Of a DNA stretch of 64,000 bases, positions 1-12,643 are shown one piece after another (within the stretch, counting starts at the first letter, position 1; each line of letters starts with the position of its first letter). The position numbers were made by a program, and so were the translations under genes. Source of the DNA: Malacoraja senta. Lineage: Eukaryota. The stretch spans positions 11,534,001 to 11,598,000 of the forward strand of contig CM075991.1 of the NCBI GenBank assembly GCA_038087875.1, read 5' to 3'. The notes under the pieces are model-generated. The model was not told the origin of the DNA. It ran no database searches and worked only from the letters and a program-made list of their open reading frames with translations.

Positions 1-498
1 TGTAACTCTGACTCTGTGGCAGAGAATGCCACATGTCTCTGCCCGTTCCCCATAATACAGGAAGATTATTAGATTTAAAGTGGAGGTCTATACTGGAGAG
101 TCCCTCTGAAGATTGCTGCCTAGGTGGTCCGATGGAAGCTACGGGGAGATCTAACGATTCCGCTATCCATTTGCAGCCTCTTCTATTTTTACCATCGAGA
201 CACAAATGTTCCTCTGGCCACGGCATTTTTTCCATGCCCCGCGCTGAATCGAGCTTCTTGTGTCCACAATACATAAATATTCTCGAATTTCACTCGGTTG
301 TTTCACCTGGAGAGTTCGGGCCGAACCCGAGGTCTCCAGAGGTCTGAGCGACTGTGAATTCCACGGTGACTGTGTCGGAAGGAATTGCTGCCAGATAGAC
401 GCAAAATGCTGCATTAACTCAGCGGGACCGCCAGCATCTCTGGAGAGAAGGAATGGGTGACATTTGGGGTCGAGACGTCGGAGTCTGAAGAAGGGTCT

Positions 499-855
499 CG
501 ACCCGAAACGTCACCCATTCCTTCTCTCCAGAGATGCCGCCTGTCCCGCTGAGTTACTGCAGCATTTTATGTCTATCTGCGACTGCAGTGAATGGCTGGA
601 CCACGGGCCTGGTGACTCATTTTGTTTTTTAAATGCGGACACATCAACCAATGTTTCTTTCTGACTGAGTAGAGGGGGCTAACGGTGGCCTGGAGAACGA
701 TCGAGCATAAATCAACAACCCTCAGAGATCATTCCCTGCATGCCTACTCTGGGTATTATCAGTATTTTGGGTTCTTCAAACCAAGTGTGAAACCCAAAGT
801 ATCTGAATCAGAAGATTCTCTTCTGATTCAGATACTGTCCTCTCAGAGTGCGATG
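499..855 (+). repeat. Local duplication, copy 1 (copy 2 at 2657-3010)
   Basis: The hammerhead tail plus ~270 bp of otherwise unique flank (CTGCAGTGAATGGCTGGACCACGGGCCTGGTGACTCA...) recurs about 2.16 kb downstream. Confidence 0.85.
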
Positions 856-940
856 TGTATAAAGGATAATAGACAATGGACAATAGACAATAGACAATAG
901 GTGCAGGAGTAGGCCATTCGGCCCTTCGAGCCAGCACCAT

Positions 941-1306
941 ATAAGATTGTTAAGGGTTTGGACACGCTAGAGGCAGGAAACATGTTCCCGATGTTGGGGG
1001 AGTCCAGAACCAGGGGCCACAGTTTAAGAATAAGGAGTAAGCCATTTAGAACGGAGACGAGGAAACACTTTTTCTCACAGAGAGTGGTGAGTCTGTGGAA
1101 TTCTCTGCCTCAGAGGGCGGTGGAGGCCGGTTCTCTGGATGCTTTCAAGAGAGAGCTAGATAGGGCTCTTAAAGATAGCGGAGTCAGGGGATGTGGGGAG
1201 AAGGCAGGAACGGGGTACTGATTGGGGATGATCAGCCATGATCACATTGAATGGCGGTGCTGGCTCGAAGGTGCCTACTCCTGCACCTGTTGTCTATTGT
1301 CTATTG
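941..1306 (+). mobile_element. CR1 LINE 3' fragment
   Basis: GLDTLEAGNMFP..TRGHSLRI..FFSQRVVSLWNSLP..FKRELD, with a (TCTATTG)n tail. Confidence 0.9.
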
Positions 1307-1937
1307 TTTTACGCAACGTTTCAACTTCTCAACATAGAGTTGGTTCGTGGCCCCGACCACGGATGAACAAAGGAGGAGGACTGAACGTTATTGCCTTCCA
1401 CCACAGTGAAGAATGTTGATTCCACTGTGGTGGACGTTGATGTGGTATTCTCTTGTGTATTGTGCTCTTTGTGGCTGCATGGTGTCATATTCCACTCTTA
1501 CCTCAATTGGTGCGTGTGGCAATAAATGTGAACTTGAACTTGGGTTAAATGGCAAAAAGGACACAATTACAAAGTGGATTGGGTTTGAGTGCAGTAACAC
1601 CTGCCTTTGAGATGAAGGAGGAAGCTACTAAATGCAAGGAAACGCTGCAAACTGCAGATGCTGAAATTGGGAGGTAAAGTCAAAGTGCTGGAGAAACTCA
1701 GCGGGTCAGGCAGCAACTGTACAGAGAATGGACAGACATTCTTTTGGGCTGGAAGGAACTGCAGATGCTGATTCGGAATCCGAAGGTAGACACAGAAAGC
1801 TCAGCGGGTCAGGCAGCATCTCTGGAGAAAAGGAACAGGTGACTTTTCGGGACGAGACCCTTCTTCAGACTGAGAGTCAGGGGAGAAGGGAAACGACCGA
1901 TACAGACCGTGAATGTAGAGAGATGGTGAACAAGTGA

Positions 1938-2345
1938 ATGGGTCTGAAGAAGGGTTTCGGCCCGAAACGTTGCCTATTTCCTCCAGTCTGAAGAAGGGTT
2001 TCGGCCCGAAACGTTACCTATTTCCTTCAGTCTGAAGAAGGGTTTCGGCCCAAAAACGTTGCCTATTTCCTTCAGTCTGAAGAAGGGTTTCGGCCCGAAA
2101 CGTTGCCTATTTCCTCCAGTCTGAAGAAGGGTTTCGGCCCGAAACGTTACCTATTTCCTTCAGTCTGAAGAAGGGTTCGGCCCAAAAACGTTGCCTATTT
2201 CCTTCAGTCTGAAGAAGGGTTTCGGCCTGAAACGTTGCCTATTTCCTTCAGTCTGAAGAAGGGTTTCGGCCTGAAACGTTGCCTATTTCCTTCGCTCCAT
2301 AGATGCTGCCGCACCCGCTGAGTTTCTCCAGCACTTTTGTCTACC
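1938..2345 (+). repeat. Tandem array of eight 44-bp hammerhead-core units plus the element tail
   Basis: CTGAAGA at 1944, 1988, 2032, 2077, 2121, 2165, 2209 and 2253. Unit is approximately CAGTCTGAAGAAGGGTTTCGGCCCGAAACGTTGCCTATTTCCTT. Confidence 0.9.
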
Positions 2346-4927
2346 TTTAAATGGGTCAGGACCCTTCTCCAGACTAATGCTGTCAGAGGGAGAAAGCTGG
2401 TTTCCTCCACAGCTGCTGCCTGAGTCCAAATACAGTATCACCACTGTATGCAGGATATAATACACAGTGGTCTGCTCCACTGTAATATCTCAAGGTATGT
2501 CTACTTTGAAGAAATTCTCCTCTTCTCTCCGACAAAAGTTCAGCACCATCCTCCCTGTCTTTGATTTGTCCTTTTACAAACCTTCCATTCATCCGCTTTT
2601 TGTACATTTTCATATCTCCTTACTTCCCTCTCCCCAGACTCTGGGTCAAGAAGGATCTCGACCCGAAAGGTCACCCATTCCTTCACTCCAGAGATGCCGC
2701 CTGTCCCGCTGAGTTACTCCAGCAATTTGTGTCTATCTGTGGCTGCAGTGAATGGCTGGACCACGGGCCTGGTGACTCACTTTGTTTTTTAAATGCGGAC
2801 ACATCAACCAATTTTTCTTTCTGATTGAGTAGAGGGGGCTAACGGTGGCCTGGAGAACGATCGAGCTCAAATCAAAGGCCCTTCAACAACCCTGTGAGAT
2901 CATTCCCTGTTTGCCTACTCTGGGTATTAGCAGTGTTTTGGGTTCTACAAACCAAGTGTTTAATTCCCCCTTCTGATTCAGCTACTGTCCTCTCAGAGTG
3001 CCCTGTGTATGAAGGAACTGCAGATGCTGGTTTAAACCGAAGATAGACACAAAAAGCTGTTCTTTGGTCTGTCCGAAACTTGCCGATATCCCAGCAGAGC
3101 GAGATGCCCGACGGGGGATTGTTGCCGACCGGCCCGCTCCAGACGGCAGGAGTACTTGCTGAGGGACGCACTGAAGCTCGGTGCAGCCAACGCCAAGGCT
3201 CTGTGGGGGAGGGCCACAGTCTAGGGACCTTTCGCTGCTGGACATGGGGGAGGGGCAAAGTCCCGGGGGGGGGGGCACCCCTCGAATAAGGGAAGGGACA
3301 TCACCCCAGGTGCATCGTTCACCGAGCTGTCTGAAGTTTCTGCACCACATTAAGGGTGGTGAATCTGTGGAATTCTTTGCCACAGTGGGCTGTGGAGGCC
3401 AGGTCAGTGGATATATTTAAGGCAGAGATAGATAGATTCTTGATTAGTACGGGTGTCAGGGGTTATGGGGAGAAGGCACGAGAATGGGGTTAGGAGAGAG
3501 AGATAGATCAGCCGCGATTGAATGGCAGAGTAGACTTGATGGGCTGAATGGAATAATTCTACTCCTGTCACTTGTGACCTTATGAAACCTCACACTGAGA
3601 GATAGATGTCCATGGCATGGGGCAGGTTAGCGGCTGTGATGAGACTGGGAAAGGGATGGTGGCTCCCTCTAGAATTGCCCATAAACGAGGGGGGGGGGGG
3701 GAGGGAGGGGGGGGGTTCAGACCTGGATTGAGAGGTGATTAAGCTCTGCCTGCCAGATTCAAGCAGGATTTGTGCCTCAAAGCCCCGGCTCAAATTAGCT
3801 GAAGCCAATCCTAAAAGTGGTGACTGAGGAGGGGAATACCGTGTCTTTCCAGCAGGGAATCTCGCTTTTGGAAAATGCACAGCCGTTCCTGCTAATTTTA
3901 ACCATTTGCCCAGAGATAAGAGCTCGCTTGGTGTTGGAGACTGAAACTATTTATATCAGGACTAAAATATGATTCCCATGATAAGTTGACCATGCGGGTT
4001 AGCACTGAGGTTAGGGGAGAAGGGAGGGGGGCGAGGGGGTGCAGTTCTCCAGAAACTGTTCAGAGACCAGGTTAACCCTTTGCACACAATCATAGAAAAT
4101 AGGTGCAGGAGTAGGCCATTCGGCCCTTCGAGCCATTCAATATGATCATGGCTGATCATCCAAAATCAGTACCCCGTTCCTGCTTTTCGCTCATATCCCT
4201 TGATTCCGTTCGGCCTAAGAGCTAATTCTAAACTCAATCAAAAGTCAACTCAGTCAAAATCATCTTAAGCTAACATTTTCCCCCAGGACTTTATTCCTGT
4301 GGAGCAAGTCACCCCAGCATTGAACCCATGAGAACATCCTCTCCAATCTACCCTCTTGCCTTTGCGAGTGCTTCCCTCCAGCACATAGAGCTGATTTTTT
4401 AATGAGAACACATCAAAACTCAGGGCACAGGCAAAGGCCATTCGTCCCATCAAATCCCTGCTTGTCAAAACAGGACAGATGCCGTTTACCGCCTCTTGGT
4501 CATTGGCCTTGATGGGTCAGTTCATCATCCGCGTACAGTCCAAATGTGACGTGTCGACCCGAAACGTCACCTATTCCTTCGCTCCATAGATGCTGCCTCA
4601 CCCGCTGAGTTTCTCCAGCATTTTTGTCTAACGTCCATACACCAAGGTGTCTTTATCGACTGCATTTCTCTATATTGCACCTACCCAATTTTAGTTTTAG
4701 TTTAAAGTCGTTCAAAATCATCCTGAAGGTTACCAAAAAAAGGACTTTTCACAACTTCAAGATATCAGAAAGACAATGGGTAACTCAGAACTTTATGGAA
4801 TTGTCAAGTGGGAAACACAACATCCACATTGTACACGGCAACGTCCGACAAATATTAGTGTTAGCAGTTGAGATAACGTTGGTGCAGGATGCTGTAGAGA
4901 CCTCCCCTGACTCTCCCCCTTCATAAC

Positions 4928-5553
4928 AAGAGGATTTCAGTATAGGAGTAAAGAGGTTCTTCTGCAGTAGCATAGGGCTCTGGTGAGACCACATCTGGAG
5001 TATTGCGTACAGTTTTGGTCTCCTAATTTGAGGAAGGACATCCTTGTGATTGAGGCAGTGCAGCGTAGGTTCACGAGATTGATCCCTGGGATGGCGGGAC
5101 TGTCATATGAGGAAAGATTGAAAAGACTGGGCTTGTATTCACTGGAGTTTAGAAGGATGAGGGGATATCTTATAGAGACATATAAAATTATAAAAGGACT
5201 GGACAAGCTAGATGCAGGAAAAATGTTCCCAATGCTGGGCGAGTCCAGAACCAGGGGGCCACAGTCTTAGAATAAAGGGGAGGCCATTTAAGACAGAGGT
5301 GAGAAAAACCGTTTTCACCCAGAGAGTTGTGAATTTATGGAATTCCCTGCCACAGAGGGCAGTGGAGGCCAAGTCATTGGATGGATTTAAGAGAGAGTTA
5401 GATAGAGCTCTAGGGGCTAGTGGAATCAAGGGAGAAGGCAGGCACGGGTTATTGATTGGGGACGATCAGCCATGATCACAATGAATGGCGGTGCAGGCTC
5501 GAATGGCCGAATGGCCTCCTCCTGCACCTATTTTCTATGTTTCTATGTTTCTA
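4928..5553 (+). mobile_element. CR1 LINE 3' fragment
   Basis: [39 protein letters not shown], with a (TTCTATGT)n tail. Confidence 0.92.
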
Positions 5554-5756
5554 ATATCCGCTATGGGTCATTTATAGCCAACAGGGTCTTTGACTGTTTA
5601 GCAGTCTCTCAGTGTTGTCATGAGGTGCAACTCTGTCTCAGCGCTGAACCTCCAGCACTACAGCACACACTAGCATTGTTCCATCAACACGCAGTTCTCC
5701 GTCAACACTGCACTGGAGACCCACACTAGTCTTTGTGGCCAGCTCTATATTTGGGC

Positions 5757-6053
5757 AGTCACGGTGGCGCAGCGGCAGAGTTGCTGCCTCACAACGCTTG
5801 CAGCGCCGGAGACCCGGGTTCGATCCCGACTACGGGTGCTGTCTGTACGGAGTTTGTACCTTCTCCCCGTGGGTTTTCTCCGAGATCTACGGTTTCCGCC
5901 CACACTCCAAAGACGTACTGGTTTGTAGGTAAATTGGCTTGGTAGATGTAAAAATTGTCCCTAGTGGGTGTAGGATAGTGTTAATGTGCGGGGATGGCTG
6001 GTCGGTACGGACCCGACGGGCCGAAGGGCGCTGTATCTCTAAACTAAACTAAA
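5757..6053 (+). mobile_element. tRNA-derived SINE (V-SINE/HE1-like)
   Basis: A box TGGCGCAGCGG at 5765-5775, B box GGTTCGATCCC at 5817-5827, central GGAGTTTG..TTCTCCCCGTG..GGTTTCC..CCACACTCCAAAGACG domain, CR1-like GGGCCGAAGGG tail and (CTAAA)n. Confidence 0.85.
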
Positions 6054-6504
6054 ATATGGAATAGTACTTGAACCCACAACTTTCCGAATCAGAGGGAAGA
6101 CTGAGAACCACTAAGTTAAGGTTGAATCACACATTTCTCTCCGATTCCGCTAAGACCTTCACCTCATCTTCATTGACCATATCCAACATCAATCTCTGTT
6201 TGCTATCAGAATAATATCCCCAGCCGTGACTATTGGGGGGACGTCACAAATAACGTTCCTTAGGGTGAGGCGAAAGTAAAATAAATAGATTTGAAGAATG
6301 GGAGAAGGCTGCCTCCCATTGGAAAATGTGAGGTATAGGGTGATACAGTGTGGAAACAGGCCCTTCGGCCCAACTTGCCCACACCGGCCAACAATGTCCC
6401 AGCTACACTAGTCCCACCTGCCTGCGCTTGATCCATATCCCTCCAAACCCGTCCTATCCATGTACCTGTCTAACTGTTTCTCAAACGATGGGATAGTCTG
6501 AGGA

Positions 6505-7037
6505 AATCTGAGGAAGGACATTATTGCCATAGAGGGAGTGCAGAGAAGGTTCACCAGACTGATTCCTGGGATGTCAGGACTGTCTTATGAAGAAAGACTG
6601 GATAGACTTGGTTTATACTCTCTAGAATTTAGGAGATTGAGGGGGGATCTTATAGAAACTTACAAAATTCTTAAGGGGTTGGACAGGCTAGATGCAGGAA
6701 GATTGCTCCCGATGTTGGGGAAGTCCAGGACAAGGGGTCACAGCTTAAGGATAAGGGGGAAATCCTTTAAAACTGAGAAGAACTTTTTTCACACAGAGAG
6801 TGGTGAATCTCTGGAACTCTCTGCCACAGAGGGTAGTCGAGGCCAGTTCATTGGCTATATTTAAGAGCGAGTTAGATGTGGCCCTTGTGGCTAAAGGGAT
6901 TAGAGGGTATGGAGAGAAGGCAGGTACAGGATACTGAGTTGGATGATCAGCCATGATCATATTGAATGGCGGTGCAGGCTCGAAGGGCCGAATGGCCTAC
7001 TCCTGCACCTAATTTCTATGTTTCTATGTTTCTATGT
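6505..7037 (+). mobile_element. CR1 LINE 3' fragment, nested in an opposite-strand CR1 tail (~6340-7060)
   Basis: VQRRFTRLIPGMSGLSYEERL.., with an octamer tail. Confidence 0.9.
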
Positions 7038-9155
7038 CCCAGCCTCAACTGCCTCTCTAATAGTTTCACCATGGCACCTTATACCATTCGATATGATCTT
7101 CCTATGTTACAACTTGTAACTTGACTGATATATCCCGTGCCTCCTAACCATCTCATCCTTTGGTTCATCCTGTACTTCAAGGATCCCACTGTTCCTCTCT
7201 GCTTCTCAGAATTCCACCATTTATCATGTATTCCCTCCACAAATGGTGGGTGGTTGGAACAAGCTGCCAGAGGAGGTAGTTGAGGTAGACACAAAAAGCT
7301 GGAGTAACTCAACAGGTCAGATAGCATCTCTAGAGAAGATGTTCTGGTCAAGACCCTTCCAGTCTGAAGAAGGTTCTCGACCCAAAACGTGACCTATTCC
7401 TTTTTCTCTGGAGGTGCTGTCTGACCTGCTGAGTTACTCCAGCTTTTTGTGTCTATCTTCGTTATAAACCAGTATCTGTAATTTCATACTACACAAGGTG
7501 AAGCCATACTTCACGGTACAATGCATATTTCCGATCACCACGCTACAGGAAGGATGTGTTAGCAGCAGAGATGGCTTACATGGAAGTTATCAATGATGGA
7601 GTATCGCAGGTATGAGAGATTAAAAAGGCTGGTGTTGTTAGTTCTCCTCTTAGATGCTTCTGCTCCAGATGAAACAACTCCAGCCTTTTTAATCTCCCAT
7701 AACTAATATTCTCCAGCATTAACATATGAGACTCACTTGAGTTGAACTAAGCGGAGAGACTCATAACTATCAACAAAGATTTCATATGTGGACAGAGGGT
7801 TAGTGAGGCCCGAAGTTCCAAATACCAGCAAAAACTACCATCTATCAACTACCAACTCTCAGCAGGTAAATACCAGAGAGCGGTGATCACACACACACTC
7901 GTCACATTTGGAGGCATGGTTTTTGGACAACGTCCTTGCTTTCTCCCACCTTCCCCTCCCCTTCCGAGCTCTCCCTCAGCCCACTGTCCCCGCCTCTTCC
8001 TTTCTTTCTCCCCCACCCTTCCCCGACATCAGTCTGAAGAAGGGTCTTGACCCGAAACGTCGCCTATTCCCTCTCTCCATAGACGTTGCCTCACCCGCTG
8101 AGTTTCTCCAGCATTTTTGTCTACCATCGATTTTTCCAGCATCTGCAGTTCTTTCTTCAACGTTTGGTGTATGGAAGTTACCTGACATTTGCAACAGTGA
8201 CCACAACAGTGCCACATCCGGGAACTCCTACACAAGCTGAAAGGTTTCACTGGCTGAATATCATGTCATGGGCTACGCAACTGCAGGTTCTGTGGTAACA
8301 CAAATAAATCTTCCACTTTGTACATTTGCCACCAATGCCACCCAGAGAGAGAGAGAGAACATCGAGATCTTTGCCTCTCTTCCTAGGGGGCATTTCCATT
8401 CTTGCTTTTTAAGAAGGCAGGAACGGTGTACTGATTGGGGATGATCAGCCATGATCACAATGAATGGCAGTGCTGGCTCGAATGGCCAAATGGCCTACTC
8501 CTGCACCTATTGTCTATTGTCTATTCTCTCAAGAGATGCTACCTGTCCCACTGAGTTACTCCAGCTTTTTGTGTCTATCAACATGCAACCTTAGAATGGC
8601 TTTACCTTCACAGGAGTCATTGATGTCCACAGATTACAGAAAATGATACAGGTATACATTGTTGGGTTATATATCTACATATAGATATATATATATATGG
8701 ATAGGTGCACTCGAATAGATGGTTGATGGCAAGGTTGAGATATTGGGAGAGTATGTTCTATAGGCAGGAAATCTGTAGATCATTTCTCTGTTATAAGGAC
8801 GTAACAGAAATAGAGACTGGACCATGTGATAAATAGCCAAATAGATATCGAGTGATGATAGATTAATGAACAGGTAAATGCACAGAAAGACAGGCATGTA
8901 GTTGGAGGCAAGGGGGGATATTAGACTGATAGACAACTGAGGTTAATACTGGATGTGATCAATGAAGCTGAATAGAGAAATTCATATCTTTCATTCATTT
9001 GTTCTATAACTCTCGACATCACCGTCTATATCTCAGTCTGAAGAAGGGACTCCACCCGAAATATCACCTATTCCTTTCTTCCAGAAATGCTGTCTGACTC
9101 GCTGAGTTACTCCAGCTTTTTATGTCTATCTTAAGAGAAATTAATTGGTGCATAA

Positions 9156-9510
9156 AACCCCCGTCCCACTTAGGAGACCTAAACAGCAACCTCTGGTGAC
9201 CTTGCCCGCCACCCAAAAAAAAATCAAGGTGACCTGCAACCTCCTACCACCTCCCACGCATATGTTGAAAACCTTCCTCGACTATGAAGAAACCCGGCTT
9301 CGACTAGACCTGCAACATATTTTTAGTCGAGGCCGGTTTTAATCACGATGAAAAAATAGCAGCAACCGAGATGAAGCCTCGACCACGCGGAAACCACTTT
9401 CGACCAATAGGGAGAGTGACCAAAACCTCCGGTGACCTCATGGAAACCTTGGGTGGCGGGCAAGGTCACCAGAGGTTGCTGTTTGGGTCTCCTAAGTGGG
9501 ACAGGGGCTT
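9156..9510. mobile_element. MITE, PIF/Harbinger-like
   Basis: Long TIRs starting (A)AC/GCCC..GTCCCACTTAGGAGACC, TAA on both flanks. Confidence 0.75.
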
Positions 9511-10289
9511 TAAAAGAATGGACAACAAATATGTAGCGTGAAGAGTGGAAAATAGAAGATAGACAGAAAGCTGGAGTAACTCAGCGGGACAGGCAGCATC
9601 TCTGGAGAGAAGGAATGGGTGACGTTTTGGGTCGAGACCCTTCTTCAGACGGCGCCTATTTCCTTCGCTGTCTGAAGAAGGGTTTCGGCCCGAAACGTTG
9701 CCTATTTCCTTCGCTCCATAGATGCTGCTGCACCTGCTGAGTTTCTCCAGCATTTTTGTCTACCTCCAGTTTTTGTTCATCTTTACAACTTCCCTCCTCA
9801 GCTGAAGTAGCTTCCCTAGTGATGTCTCTGACTAAACTAAAGGCCATTACTTTAAACCGTGAGTACCAGGAAAAAAACATTTATAATTCATTTTCATTTA
9901 TAATGTGCCTTTCGCAATCTTAAGCTGTCCCAGAATGGTTTACAAAGTCCATACCATTCTCAAAATGCAGCCAGTGTTCTAACAGAGAAAGAACGTGCCA
10001 GTCAATTTGCATAAGGCCAGATCCAACAAACATTTGTGTGATAATGATCAGTAATCTGCTCTCGTGATGTGGATTGGGGGATAAATATCGGCTTGGACAC
10101 TAGAGTATTCCCTACTCCTAGATTGGTTTAGTTTAGTTTCGAGATACAGATGTGTATGTGTTCGGAATGTGGGTGTGTCTGTGTCGACTTATCACTGATT
10201 AAAATTCAAAAAAATCTAAATACCTTGAATTTCAAACCGACCATCTTCAACTGATGACGTTGCAATGGATCGACTAGCAGGGGGAGGGC

Positions 10290-10876
10290 GAATTGCCATT
10301 GCAACACGCAGGGCAAGTGCAATTGAAAGCAAAGATCGTATATCTGAAGATAGACCACTCCTGCTAAATGCAATGGGCTGACGTGTAGTACGCAACGGAG
10401 CGGAACGTGGCCCTTTTTTTCATCCATTTCCATAACCCGACCCGACCCGACTCGCAATGTAATCAACGTTGCGGGGGAACAGTTAGTGTTAATAAATTAA
10501 AATTCTGACAATGAGGAGAAGATTTTTACCAAAGAACTTTGATTTTTACGAGGATGTTTCCGTAACCGGCTTCCGTCTCCGCACTAGTTATCTTTGCTCC
10601 GCTGTGATGGGATCTTTGGCGCGGAGACGGAAATGGGGCCGAAAATTACCCGCGAATCTGCCCATGACCGTACTACGTCTTTTTCGTCGAGTGGACTATC
10701 TTGTTCCGCTATAGGATCTTTGGTTGAAAGAGCACTGCTGAGGGAGGAAAGGGGAGTGCTGGAATCTTGCGTTCGGGAACGGCTTGAGTTAGAAGACCGC
10801 GCCTTCCGTGGGGGCAAGGTGTAGGGAACGGGTGCGTTGTGGGGAGCGGACCCAATGGTTCTGCAATTGGTCCAGT
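10290..10876 (+). mobile_element. CpG-rich insertion, possibly a non-autonomous Helitron-like element
   Basis: Abrupt CpG-rich composition, internal (CCCGA)n, and a subterminal hairpin-like GGACCCAATGGTTC followed by TGGTCCAGT (degenerate CTAG end). Confidence 0.35.
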
Positions 10877-12643
10877 GTATATTAAAGCCCACAGCTAGCA
10901 ATGACCTGTTTCGTTTATCATCGTGACTTTTTTTTGCACATCTTTCATTCATTTGTTCCACATCTCTCCACATCACCGTCTATATCTCTCGTAGTTTCAC
11001 CTTGGAGCATTTGGGCCGGTGAGATATCTAGATGGAGGGGTAGCGTTCAAAGCAGCCAGGTTTAAATTTCTAAATACCAGGGCTGGAGAGAATTCTGCAG
11101 AATCATAGAGTTATTCAGCACGGAAACAGGCCCCTTGGCTCAGCTCCTCCATGCTGACCAAATAGTGACCAGCTCCATCCTGAGCCCGTCACTATTTGCT
11201 TGCCTTTGGCACCTATCCCTCTAACTAGGTCATAAGGTCGTAATAATTCCTGTTCCCACTTACGCAATTTATTTTGGCGACTTGCCGGCATCTGTCATAG
11301 TTGTCATCTGGCAGGTTGCCGAACATGTTCAACATGTTGAAATTCCAGCGGCGACCAGCAAATGGTACGACTCTTTGGGCGACTACTCACGACCGTACGG
11401 GCTTCACCCCTTGACAGTTCCACCCTCCAGTCTCCAACCCCCTTCAGTCTCAGTAACATCCTTGTGAACCTGCTCTTCACACTCTCTCGCTTGTCGCATC
11501 CTTCCTGGCGACAACAACTACAGTATACATAATATTCCAAGGACTCTCATCAGATCTAGGGCGTCGGATTGTGAAAGGGTCTCGACTCGAAACGTCACCC
11601 ATTATGCTGGAGTAGATCAGCGGGAGAGGCAGCATCTCTGGAGAGAAGGAATGGGTGGTGTTTCGGGTCCAGGCCCTTCTTCAGAGACGTCACCCGTTCC
11701 TTCTCTCCAGAGATGCTGCCTGTCCCGCTGAGTTACTCCAGCATTTTGTGTCTATCTTCAATATTCCAGGTGCGGTTTCGCCAAAGTCTTGTACAACTGC
11801 GGTGTGGAGTCCCAACTCTTGTACTCAATGCCCCGTTTGATGTAAGCAAGTATGCCACACACATTCTTCACCACTGATAAGACACAAAAAGCTGGAGTAA
11901 CTCAGCGGGACAGCCAGCATCTCTGGAGAGAAGGAATGGGTGACGTTTCGGGTCGAGACCCTTCTTTGGCTTAAACCAGCGTCTGCAGTACCTTATTCAG
12001 CACCGTGTCTACCTGTGAGCGAGTTTCAGGGAACTCTATACCTGTACCCCTAGATAGACACGAAAAGCTGGAGTACCTCAGCGGGTCAGGCAGTATCTCT
12101 GGAGATGATGAATATGAGATATTTTGGGTCGACACCACTCTTCGAACCTTTAAGAAGGGTCTCGATCTGAAACATCACCGTGGAACATCTTATTCACATG
12201 GGCTACAGAAGTTCAACGAGTAAAATTTTGACCCACCGCAGAACCAGAGCCAAAACAAGCCGAACATTTACCGGAAAATAACTTAAGCACATGGAAAAGG
12301 CACAGGAAAGCCCGGAGTGTGTTTCTTTTGAAACTGTTAATAACTCCACAGACTTCCACCGTAAATTCAGTAAGAAGTAATAATTTACGACTCCATCTTA
12401 GTCCTCTATCTTCCTTGAATCCATCCACTCACAACGATGACCATAATGAATACTATTCAGTCCCTCCTTATCTTTTTAACTTTCATCTACTTATGGAATC
12501 TCTTAGGATCATCCTTTAACTGATCGGCCAAACTTATCTCTTGTTGTCTTTTCACCCTCTGATTTCCTTCTTGTGTCCTCCTTCATACTTCTGCAGGGGT
12601 TTGCTTGATCCCAGCTGCCTCTCCCTAACATGTAGCCTTGATA

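Noticed and set aside
1944..2290. CRISPR-like appearance of regular palindromic repeats
   Set aside because: Units are contiguous with no unique spacers, the context is eukaryotic, and there are no cas genes.
5757..5830. Possible tRNA gene
   Set aside because: The A and B boxes run into a SINE body and tail found in several copies; there is no complete cloverleaf.
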